DNA of 64,000 nt. It comes from an uncultured Bacteroidota bacterium. GTDB lineage: Bacteria; Bacteroidota; Ignavibacteria; UBA10030; UBA6906. Each line of letters opens with the position of its first letter. Position 1 is the first letter of the stretch. The notes beneath the pieces are model-generated. The model was not told where the DNA came from and did not search any database. It saw only the letters and a program-made list of their open reading frames with translations. The translations under genes and the position numbers were made by a program. Below are positions 9,718 to 18,396 of the stretch, one piece after another. The DNA lies in NCBI GenBank assembly GCA_963700635.1, contig CAVOYH010000003.1:1696001-1760000 (forward strand), written 5' to 3'.

Positions 9718-10272
9718 ATGGATGCGTTGACCGATTCCCAACTGGTGGACGAAGTACGCTCCGGCAACCGGCAGGCGTACACCCAGCTGATGCGCCGGTA
9801 TCAGGAAAAGGTCTACTGGGTGGCCCGCAGGATTGTGGGCACCCATGCAGACGCGGACGATATCGTGCAGGAGACGTTTATCAAGGCGTTCCTGAGCCTT
9901 GGCGACTTCCGGGGCGACGCAGGGTTCTATACGTGGATCTATCGTATTGCGGTGAATCTTTCTCTGAATACACTCCGCAAACGGCACGTCATGAACTACC
10001 TCCGGGAGAGCGAGCTTGCCCAAAAAGTGATCCCGGCTCGCGAGAACCCGCACGAGGAGCTTGAAGCAAAAGAGCTCGAATCGCTGATCGGCCGGGCGGT
10101 AAAAGCCCTGCCGGATAAACAGCGGGCTGTGTTTGTGATGCGGTATTATGATGAGATGTCCTACGAAGAGATAGCATACGTTCTGAAAACATCCATTGGC
10201 GGCCTCAAGGCCAATTACTTCCATGCACTGCGCAAGGTGCAGGAGTTCTTGAAACATGAAACTGCGAAGTGA
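9718..10272 (+). CDS. ECF RNA polymerase sigma factor
   Basis: DADDIVQETFIKA, FYTWIYRIAVN, region 4 SYEEIA. Confidence 0.95.
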   Translation: MDALTDSQLVDEVRSGNRQAYTQLMRRYQEKVYWVARRIVGTHADADDIVQETFIKAFLSLGDFRGDAGFYTWIYRIAVNLSLNTLRKRHVMNYLRESELAQKVIPARENPHEELEAKELESLIGRAVKALPDKQRAVFVMRYYDEMSYEEIAYVLKTSIGGLKANYFHALRKVQEFLKHETAK

Positions 10273-10783
10273 AAAGCACCGGATAACTGACGAGGAGGAG
10301 ACATCCCTCGAGGGTGCCGTGCGCTCGCTTGCCGGGGACACCCGCGAACCATCGACCCCTCCTCCTGCATACTGGCAGAACCTTCCCCTCCGGATGAACA
10401 GGGCGATCGATGAGGCAACGAGCGGCGTGGCCATCTCCCTGAGCTGGGTGGCCCGCGTTGCCATCCCGGGAGTAGTGGCAATTCTCTCGTTTCTGATCGG
10501 TTTGCGATACTACGCACCCGACATGGGTACGAGCCCGGCGTCGGTCAAAGAAGTTGCCCAGGCTCTCCCGGTGAGAACGGTCGATTCGTTGTATGTGGCG
10601 ATGATTGCAAGTGCAGACAGCGCGACCGCGAGCACGTTCGAAGAGCAGGTTCTTGCCATGCCCGTGGATCAGGCGCGGGAGTACTACGTCGTGCAAGCGG
10701 GGACGCGGACACTTCTGGAAGACCTGTCTGAGCAGGAAGTCCGGGACGTGGTCGCCCGACTCGGTTCGAACATCAATTTGTAG
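10256..10783 (+). CDS. putative membrane anti-sigma factor
   Basis: overlaps the sigma gene; PP..YW motif then a single TM. Confidence 0.65.
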   Translation: MKLRSEKHRITDEEETSLEGAVRSLAGDTREPSTPPPAYWQNLPLRMNRAIDEATSGVAISLSWVARVAIPGVVAILSFLIGLRYYAPDMGTSPASVKEVAQALPVRTVDSLYVAMIASADSATASTFEEQVLAMPVDQAREYYVVQAGTRTLLEDLSEQEVRDVVARLGSNINL

Positions 10784-10798
10784 GGAGCACACCCAGCC

Positions 10799-11281
10799 AT
10801 GCGAACATTCGTGTACACGTTGATGATTGCGGGCGTCTGCGTATCTCTGGCGACAGGCCAGGATGACCGGCCCCGGCATGATCCCCGCCCCTTTGAGAGG
10901 GTTGAGCGATTGAGAAAGGTGCGCCTGGTGGAGGCCCTGGATCTGAAGGAAGACCAGGCAGTACGGTTTCTGGCGCGGATGAACGAATTTGAAAAAAAAC
11001 GCCATGAGACCATGATGGCGCGTCAGGACGCCCTTGACAGACTGGAGAAGCTGATTCAGGACGGGGCCAGTGATAAAGAGCTGGAGAAGGCCTTTGTGCC
11101 GCTTTCGGGCCTGGAGGAACAGATGGTTTCCGAGAGACGTCAGTTTTTTGCCGGACTTTCCGACATTCTTTCCACGCAGCAGAGGGCCAGATTTCTCACG
11201 TTTGAGCGCCGGTTCGACAGAGAGCTTCGGGAGGCGGTCCGGGATGCGCAGCGGAAGCGCATGAGGGGTGACGAGCCCTAA
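10799..11281 (+). CDS. periplasmic Spy/CpxP-like helical protein
   Basis: signal peptide, LDLKEDQ and ILSTQQRARF repeats. Confidence 0.7.
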   Translation: MRTFVYTLMIAGVCVSLATGQDDRPRHDPRPFERVERLRKVRLVEALDLKEDQAVRFLARMNEFEKKRHETMMARQDALDRLEKLIQDGASDKELEKAFVPLSGLEEQMVSERRQFFAGLSDILSTQQRARFLTFERRFDRELREAVRDAQRKRMRGDEP

Positions 11282-11307
11282 CGCTGCAAGAGAGGCCTTT
11301 TTTCAAG

Positions 11308-11340
11308 AGCGGATGACCCATGTGGTTGTCCGCTTTTTTT
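11308..11340 (+). terminator. intrinsic terminator
   Basis: AGCGGATGACC-CATGT-GGTTGTCCGCT plus T run. Confidence 0.85.
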
Positions 11341-11350
11341 GTTTTGTGCG

Positions 11351-11539
11351 ATTCCCATTTCTGGTTCCGACATTCCCATTTGTAAAAAACCTCGCATTTG
11401 TGCTGTTGAATTTCTCTACATGTTCGTCATTCTTCAGATCACTGAAAGCTCCAAATTCGGGCAATTTGCATTGAAATCGATAGTTTGAGTACGCGACCCT
11501 GTTTCTCGTGAAAGAGGCCTTGATGGCATGCGAATTGAC
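11351..11539 (+). promoter_or_regulatory. sigma54-like promoter with tandem upstream sites
   Basis: TGGCAT-GCGAA-TTGAC at 11524-11539; ATTCCCATTT repeated at 11351 and 11372 (21-bp spacing). Confidence 0.55.
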
Positions 11540-11760
11540 GCCTTTTAGAGAGAAGTTGTACCGCTACCTGATACTCCGTTCTTTTCCTCCATCCAATCTT
11601 CGAGAACCCGGCCGGGAAGATCCCATTCAGAATACACCATCGAACGCTTTGAAGTGTGCAGTACGGCTGGCGAAACGTGCGGGATGGATGAGGATTGCGA
11701 TGGTCAGACAACGTGAATGGGTTCTTCTCCATTAACACAAAATCACAGGGAGGTATCACC

Positions 11761-13902
11761 ATGGTGCGTTTGGTAAAAGTGTTAGGCCTGCTGCTGATCG
11801 CCGCGCTCCTGCTGGCCCCGATGTTTGAGGCGGCGGCGCAGGGGATCAAAGTCAAGACCATTGGACGGTCATTGAATAGCATGACACTGCCGATCAAGGG
11901 TTCACCCGCTCCGGCCTGGAACATTGCCACCGGTCTCCGGGCGGTTGGTGTACAGAGCAGGGTCTATTTCAAAGCCGACACGATCGGATCGGGCGCAGTC
12001 GGAACACCGGCGTGGACGCTTGTTTCGAAGCCGGCAACCTCCACTGCAACGCTTGACAGCGCCGATGGTAAATGGATCAACAGCTTCAAGGCCGATCTCG
12101 TCGGCCAGTACATCGTATCAGCGACCGTCGGCGGCGCGAGCGGCGCCGATACCGTGTTTGCATCCACCTATGTCGGCGTTGATGCGGCAGCCAACGCAGG
12201 GTGCTTCTGCCATCCTTCGGCTACTCCGATCAAGGCTTCCTGGGAAAAATCTGTTCACGGATCGATGTTTTTCAGAGCGATGACCGGCAACCTGGAAGTC
12301 GAACGCGGCAAAGGTGCGTATGCGGCAGGATGCATCAAGTGTCATACCACCGGTTGGGACAACACCGCCAACAACAACAACTTTGGCTACAAGGTGAAGC
12401 AATCCGGTTGGGACACCACGTGGTACAAGGGTCTGGAATTCATGAGTGGCGACTACTGGATCACCACGGGTGACAGCTCCAAGTGGAACCTGTTAAGTGC
12501 CGGCGAAAAGGTTCTCGGAAACATCGGCTGCGAACAGTGCCACGGCCCTCTGGCCGACCACAAGATGACGGCCGACAAAATGAAGGTCGGCAAGAGCATT
12601 CAACCCGACATGTGCAACCAGTGCCATGACGGTTCACGCCGTCACAGCCTGGGCACCTGGTACGCGAATTCCGGGCACTACCAGATGAACTATGGGGCCA
12701 GTGCCGGCCGCCAAAACTGCATGCCCTGCCATGCCGGCGCGGGCTTCATGTACTACATCAACAACAACCAGGATACGACCGGCAACGGTGCGAACTGGAA
12801 CACCGCTCGCGATGCGGGTACCCCGATCAGCTGCCAGGTCTGCCACGATCCGCACGGAAATGACAATCCGTATGCGCTCCGCACCATGACCCTGAAGGGC
12901 GATTCACTGAAGAACGGCTATGTCCTTCCGGCACAGTACAGGTCATCCACAGGAAACATCTGCATGAACTGCCACGGTGGCCGGTACGCTGTGAAGAGCC
13001 GCATTACCACCACACCGCCATACTACGGATGGGGCGACCGCTTCTATCCGCACTACAACGCCCAGGGCGACATGCTGTTCGGTTCGGGCGGCTATCAGTA
13101 TGGTGATGAGAGCTTCACCGGTCTGATGAGCCACGGTGGAGTTGAAGGTGCATGCGTCGGTTGCCATATGCAGCCACGCAAGAACCGTCTGGATGGCGGC
13201 GGGAACATGCTCGCCAACCATTCGTTCAGCATGACCGACACGATGTTTGCCACGGGTGTCTACAAACCGACCGATGCATGCGCTTCGTGCCACGGTGAAA
13301 TCGAAGACTTCGACGACATCCGCGCAATGTATGATTTCGATCGCAACGGCCAGATTCAAGGCGTCCAAACCGAGATCGCAGGCCTGCTGGCTGAGTTGAA
13401 GTCCCGGCTGCCGATTGACGCAGCTACCGGTGAACCCGTCAACATGCGCAAAGACAGTCTCGCGGTGAAGAACCGTCCGGACCTTATCCAGGGCGTCTGG
13501 AACTACTACTTTGTGAAGTACGACCATTCAAACGGTGCGCACAACACGAAATACGCGGTCCGGTTACTCTACAAGTCCCTCGGCTGGACCCCGCTCGATG
13601 TCGAGCAGACCAGCGAACTTCCGACCGAGTTTGCGCTGAACCAGAACTATCCGAACCCGTTCAACCCGACAACAAACATCGCATTCTCGCTTCCGAGCGA
13701 GCAGCATGTGACGTTGCAGGTGTTTGACGTCCGCGGGTCGCTGGTGAAGACCCTTGCCGACCAGACCTTCCGGGCCGGCACGGTGAACGTGACCTGGGAC
13801 GGTACGAACCTCGTCGGCGGGAAAGTTGCCAGCGGCGTCTATCTGTACAGGATGCAGGCCGGTACCTTTGTCACGGCGAAAAAGATGGTGCTGATGAAAT
13901 AG
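11761..13902 (+). CDS. secreted multiheme c-type cytochrome with T9SS C-terminal sorting domain
   Basis: signal peptide; CIKCH, CEQCH, CNQCH, CMPCH, CQVCH, CMNCH, CVGCH, CASCH plus CFCH; C-terminal QNYPNPFNP...SGVYLYRM...KKMVLMK; RBS GGGAGG. Confidence 0.93.
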   Translation: MVRLVKVLGLLLIAALLLAPMFEAAAQGIKVKTIGRSLNSMTLPIKGSPAPAWNIATGLRAVGVQSRVYFKADTIGSGAVGTPAWTLVSKPATSTATLDSADGKWINSFKADLVGQYIVSATVGGASGADTVFASTYVGVDAAANAGCFCHPSATPIKASWEKSVHGSMFFRAMTGNLEVERGKGAYAAGCIKCHTTGWDNTANNNNFGYKVKQSGWDTTWYKGLEFMSGDYWITTGDSSKWNLLSAGEKVLGNIGCEQCHGPLADHKMTADKMKVGKSIQPDMCNQCHDGSRRHSLGTWYANSGHYQMNYGASAGRQNCMPCHAGAGFMYYINNNQDTTGNGANWNTARDAGTPISCQVCHDPHGNDNPYALRTMTLKGDSLKNGYVLPAQYRSSTGNICMNCHGGRYAVKSRITTTPPYYGWGDRFYPHYNAQGDMLFGSGGYQYGDESFTGLMSHGGVEGACVGCHMQPRKNRLDGGGNMLANHSFSMTDTMFATGVYKPTDACASCHGEIEDFDDIRAMYDFDRNGQIQGVQTEIAGLLAELKSRLPIDAATGEPVNMRKDSLAVKNRPDLIQGVWNYYFVKYDHSNGAHNTKYAVRLLYKSLGWTPLDVEQTSELPTEFALNQNYPNPFNPTTNIAFSLPSEQHVTLQVFDVRGSLVKTLADQTFRAGTVNVTWDGTNLVGGKVASGVYLYRMQAGTFVTAKKMVLMK

Positions 13903-13937
13903 TATGGAAACGGGGGAGTTTCTCCCTGCGATTCACG

Positions 13938-13980
13938 GGCAAGGCAGGCGGCAGAATTCTCCGCCTGCCTTGCCGTTTTA
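13938..13980 (+). terminator. intrinsic terminator
   Basis: GGCAAGGCAGGCGG-N9-CCGCCTGCCTTGCC plus GTTTTA. Confidence 0.8.
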
Positions 13981-14033
13981 TTGAAGGAGCGTCTGGTGGC
14001 GTCTGATGTCCGGCGTGTGGAACGGGGGAAGGC

Positions 14034-16307
14034 ATGAAATGGGCGAGAGGAGTGCGCCTGCGCCCCGCCGGAGCAGTCGCTGTCACCTTGCTGATTGTCC
14101 TGCTCTCTGTGGGCACCCATGGGAACGCCCAACCCCTCCCGGCTGCATGCGGTACCACAGGGGCGACAATCCAGCCCCATGCTGCCAGCGACACCGGAGG
14201 CATCTACCTCACCGCGCGTGGCGTCCTCAGGATACTGGTCGTCTTTGCCAGTTTTCCGGACGATGAAACACCTCATGCCTTCTGGCCCGCGCATCACCCA
14301 CCGCTCTTCATGGATGACTTCATCGATGCGGATACGCTCCGCCGGTCCACGTCTCCACACAACCTCACGGCCTACTTCCGCCAGATGTCGCTTGGCCAGT
14401 TTCATGTGATCGGGGAAGCGATCTGGGTGGAGACCGCTCACTCACAGGAGGAATACAGGAATGGCTCGTACGGGCGGGCCAATACCGATGTGCTCCGGGA
14501 GAAGGTGGACTCCCTGGTCGATTTCTCGGGATACGATTCATGGACCCGCCAGGCGGATTTTCAGCATGTCAATGTCCCCGACAGTGCGGTCGACATGGTG
14601 GTCATGGTATGGCGGACTGCGATGTTCGAATTCATCGGCGAAGCCTCTCTCGGGTACAAACCGCCGATCGTTGCCGATGGCAAACGAATCGACATGGGCT
14701 ATCCCGCCTATCTGCCGCAACCGCTCGGCTCCGGGGTAACCTGCGAGTATCCGTACGGCGATTCTCCGGCCGGCGTGATGCGCACAATGGTGCACGAGAT
14801 CAGCCACTGGCTGCTCGGAATCCCGCATCCGTACAACGGCCTGAAGCCGGACGGGAAATTCCAATTCTGGGGGATGCTGTGCGCGGGAGAACGGCACTCA
14901 TCGTGTGCAAATGCCTACGACCGTGAACGGATGGGGTGGATCACTGTCCCGGAGGCCCCGGCGGATGCCGTTCTGCAGCTCCGGGATTTCGTGACAACAG
15001 GTGACGCGGTGAAATATCACCCCGGGGGGAGCGATCCCTTTGAGTACTTCTATATTGAGAATCACCAGTTGACCTCTGCGTTTGATGACGTCACGCTCAA
15101 CCCGGATGACCGGGGGATCTGGGTCCTCCACCAGCAGGGGCCGTATGCAGAAACGGATAATCTCCGGATCCTTCCCGCCGATGGACGCTGGAATTGGTCC
15201 ACAGACACCCTCTCCACCTCGTGTTTCGGCAAGGGCGTTCCACTGTACGCGAGAAGCACACCGGATATTCATGCCGGTCTCACGCACCGGGATCAAATCC
15301 CGACACCACGCAGTCTTGTCCAGTGGATGCTCGCTTTCCGGAACCAGACCGGCGATGTGCATTGCGGCAAGTTCCTGGCAGGTGAGGGCTTCCGTGGAGC
15401 CTTCCGGAGCGGCGCCCATCGGGTCTTTTCTCCTTACAGCAACCCGGCGGCCCGGACCTGGAACGATGCCCCCACACCCTTTTCTTTTGAAGTCGCGGAC
15501 GAGCAGGGTGGAACTGTCACAATCCGGTTCCCGGGTGATCCCCTCGATGCAGAGCCCGCGCAGCGGTACCTGGGCATTCATCCCCTCCACGCCGGCGACC
15601 CCGCCGGTGCACTCACGTTGGCCTGGGGAACGGAGTGGATCAAAGGCCAGCGTCTCGAACCCGACATTGTCTCATCCGAACTGGAGCGCCGCGTTGGACA
15701 GGCCTCAGTATGGGAGAGCGTGTATGCGGGTCAGGCTACCAGCTGGACCGATTCCGTATTCTCATACGATCCCGCCGGGACGGAGTACGTCTTCTTTCGC
15801 GTCCGGGTGAAAGAGAGCGGAGGGAAGCTCTCAGCATGGTCCGACGAATGGATGGGCAGAATCGGGGCAGTGACCCATGTGTCGGTTCCGATCGACGATG
15901 GTGAGACTTTTCCTGATTTTCCCTTATTGCTGCACAACTATCCCAATCCGTTCAATGCCTCGACGACGATACGGTATGCAGTTGGCACGGGATCACGGTC
16001 CACGGGTATCGGGGGCAGCACAGGGGGCCAAGGAATATCGTTTTCATGGGTGCGGCTTGTTGTCTATGATCTGTTAGGGCGTGAAGTGTCGGTGCTTGTG
16101 GATGGGGAGATCGCTGCAGGCATTCATGAGGTGAAGTTCGAGGGGGGGGAATTGGCAAGCGGCGTCTATGTGTACCGGCTCTATTCCAGTCCGGTTTCCG
16201 CGGATCGCTCAAACGACCCCGGAACGGGAATCCGGTCAGCCAGTTCGGGTCTGCGGGGAAGCCCGGGTAGTACTGTGCAGACACGGACCATGATGTTGCT
16301 CCGATAA
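14034..16307 (+). CDS. secreted M6 (immune inhibitor A)-like zinc metalloprotease with T9SS CTD
   Basis: signal peptide, ILVVFASFPD, HEISH.LLG.PH, ERMGWI, EYFYIEN, NYPNPFN...SGVYVYRL. Confidence 0.8.
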   Translation: MKWARGVRLRPAGAVAVTLLIVLLSVGTHGNAQPLPAACGTTGATIQPHAASDTGGIYLTARGVLRILVVFASFPDDETPHAFWPAHHPPLFMDDFIDADTLRRSTSPHNLTAYFRQMSLGQFHVIGEAIWVETAHSQEEYRNGSYGRANTDVLREKVDSLVDFSGYDSWTRQADFQHVNVPDSAVDMVVMVWRTAMFEFIGEASLGYKPPIVADGKRIDMGYPAYLPQPLGSGVTCEYPYGDSPAGVMRTMVHEISHWLLGIPHPYNGLKPDGKFQFWGMLCAGERHSSCANAYDRERMGWITVPEAPADAVLQLRDFVTTGDAVKYHPGGSDPFEYFYIENHQLTSAFDDVTLNPDDRGIWVLHQQGPYAETDNLRILPADGRWNWSTDTLSTSCFGKGVPLYARSTPDIHAGLTHRDQIPTPRSLVQWMLAFRNQTGDVHCGKFLAGEGFRGAFRSGAHRVFSPYSNPAARTWNDAPTPFSFEVADEQGGTVTIRFPGDPLDAEPAQRYLGIHPLHAGDPAGALTLAWGTEWIKGQRLEPDIVSSELERRVGQASVWESVYAGQATSWTDSVFSYDPAGTEYVFFRVRVKESGGKLSAWSDEWMGRIGAVTHVSVPIDDGETFPDFPLLLHNYPNPFNASTTIRYAVGTGSRSTGIGGSTGGQGISFSWVRLVVYDLLGREVSVLVDGEIAAGIHEVKFEGGELASGVYVYRLYSSPVSADRSNDPGTGIRSASSGLRGSPGSTVQTRTMMLLR

Positions 16308-16371
16308 CGACATCTGGACGTCTGCGCTGCGAACAGTTGCTTCCTTTTCCGGATTTGCCGTATTTCTTCCC

Positions 16372-17541
16372 ATGCAAAGAATCTACTGTGACCACACGGC
16401 GACCACGCCGTTGGACCGGCGCGTCCTGGAAGCGATGCAGCCATACCTCACCGAGGTCCACGGAAACGCCTCGTCGGCGCACTGGTATGGCCGTCAGGCA
16501 CGCGCTGCGCTGGAGGATGCCCGGGCACGCATTGCGACTGCCCTCGGTGTCTCTCCTGGCGAGCTATTTTTTACGAGCGGTGGGACGGAATCGGACAATC
16601 TTGCCATCGCGGGCGTGTACCGAACCGCTTCACGGCACGGGAGCCGGAGGATTATCACCGAGGCTGCCGAGCACCATGCCGTTCTCGACGCGTGTGAAGC
16701 CCTGCGGGATGAGGGGGCTGACGTTGTGATCGTGCCTGTCGATGCATCCGGCTGTGTGGATCCGGGTCATATTGAACGGGAGTTGACGCCGCAGACTGCC
16801 CTCCTCTCCATCATGCATGCAAACAATGAGGTTGGGACGGTTCAGCCCGTAGAGGAAATTGCAGCACTTGCCCGCCGTGCCGGTGTCCCGTTCCACACCG
16901 ACGCAGTCCAGACTGTCGGCAAGATTCCCGTCGATGTCGGTGCTCTTGGTGCCGACCTCCTCAGCTTCACGGGGCACAAGCTCTACGGTCCCAAGGGAAT
17001 CGGCGTGCTCTTTGCACGGAAGGGAACTGCAGTCGCGCCTCTGTTCCACGGGGGAGGCCAGGAGCGGGGGGTGCGGCCCGGGACGGAGAATGTCGCCCTG
17101 GCCGTTGGATGTGCCGTAGCGGTGGAACTGGCCGTAGCCGGCGTACCGTCGGAGACGAATCGATTGCGGTCGCTGAGGGATACACTTGAAAAGGAACTCC
17201 GTTCTGTGTATCCATCGCTTCTCGTGAATGGAGCCCTGGATCGACGGCTTCCGCATATCCTGAGCGTTTCCTTCGATGCCGCGAGCACGCCCATGGAGGG
17301 CGAGATGCTGGTGACGAACATGGATCTGGAAGGAATCGCTGTCTCCAGCGGCTCGGCGTGCACGTCTGGCAGCATACAACCGTCGCACGTCCTGACGGCC
17401 ATGGGCCGCAACCAGCAGACGGCGAAAGCTACTCTCCGGTTCTCGTTTGGTAAGGGGAACAGCGAAGCCGACATCCCTCAGATTCTCCGGGCGCTGGATC
17501 GCATCCTCCTGAGGATGGGGGTCGGGAGGCAGTGTCCATAG
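16372..17541 (+). CDS. iscS: cysteine desulfurase (IscS/NifS group I)
   Basis: DHTATTP, FTSGGTESDN, GHKLYGPKG, SSGSACTS. Confidence 0.93.
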   Translation: MQRIYCDHTATTPLDRRVLEAMQPYLTEVHGNASSAHWYGRQARAALEDARARIATALGVSPGELFFTSGGTESDNLAIAGVYRTASRHGSRRIITEAAEHHAVLDACEALRDEGADVVIVPVDASGCVDPGHIERELTPQTALLSIMHANNEVGTVQPVEEIAALARRAGVPFHTDAVQTVGKIPVDVGALGADLLSFTGHKLYGPKGIGVLFARKGTAVAPLFHGGGQERGVRPGTENVALAVGCAVAVELAVAGVPSETNRLRSLRDTLEKELRSVYPSLLVNGALDRRLPHILSVSFDAASTPMEGEMLVTNMDLEGIAVSSGSACTSGSIQPSHVLTAMGRNQQTAKATLRFSFGKGNSEADIPQILRALDRILLRMGVGRQCP

Positions 17542-17553
17542 CCGCCGGCCGGC

Positions 17554-18396
17554 CTAGATCAGGGCCGCCATCGCAATCCAATCGTTTTCCTCGAGAAGTT
17601 CCGCAACTGAGAAGCCCGCGGCGGCAAGTGCGCTCTCCATCGCCTCACGGTCTTCCTTCAGAAGACCGGAAAGAAGAAGGACGCCCTCCCGGTGGAGAGA
17701 GTGTGCGAGTGAAGGGAGCAGGGGGAGCAGGATGCTCTTCTGGATGTTTGCGGCGATGAGATCATACGCGCCGGGGGGAGCAGCGCTCAGATCGCCCTGC
17801 AGGATGGTGACCCTGTCTTCCACTCCGTTCTGGAGCACGTTTTCCCGCGCATTCTCGAATGACCATTCATCGATGTCGATTCCTGTCGCCGCCGACGCTC
17901 CCAGGCGGGCAGCGGCAATGGCGAGAACACCGGTTCCCGTTCCCACATCGAGGACGTGCGCACGTGGACGGAGATGCTTCTCCATCAGCCGGAGAATTAG
18001 CCGCGTGCTTTCATGGTATCCGGTTCCGAACGACATCTTGGGATCGATGGTCAGAACGATATCGTTCCGGTCGGGCGTGAAGGAATGCCACGAGGGTGTG
18101 ATCACAATCCTGGGAGTGACGCGAATGGGACGAATGGTCCGCTCCCATTCCTCGTTCCAGTTCCTGTTTTCAAGAGACCGGACCTGAATTTCGGGCATGG
18201 GTTGGGTGCTGGAACGGATGATGAGGGCGACCGTGGTCCGTATTTCAGCCAGAAGTCCGGGCGACCACCGGTTCTCCGCAATGTATCCCCGCAATACCCC
18301 CTCATCTTCCCAGAACCCTTCGAAGCCCAGCTGTCCAAGCAGTGCAACACACTGTTCCCGCAGGTCTCCGTCTGCCGCGAAGGATACCTCAATCAT
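17554..18396 (-). CDS. prmA: ribosomal protein L11 methyltransferase
   Basis: IDPKMSFGTGYHEST, LDVGTGTGVLAI, ANI, LSGLL. Confidence 0.95.
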   Translation of the reverse strand: MIEVSFAADGDLREQCVALLGQLGFEGFWEDEGVLRGYIAENRWSPGLLAEIRTTVALIIRSSTQPMPEIQVRSLENRNWNEEWERTIRPIRVTPRIVITPSWHSFTPDRNDIVLTIDPKMSFGTGYHESTRLILRLMEKHLRPRAHVLDVGTGTGVLAIAAARLGASAATGIDIDEWSFENARENVLQNGVEDRVTILQGDLSAAPPGAYDLIAANIQKSILLPLLPSLAHSLHREGVLLLSGLLKEDREAMESALAAAGFSVAELLEENDWIAMAALI

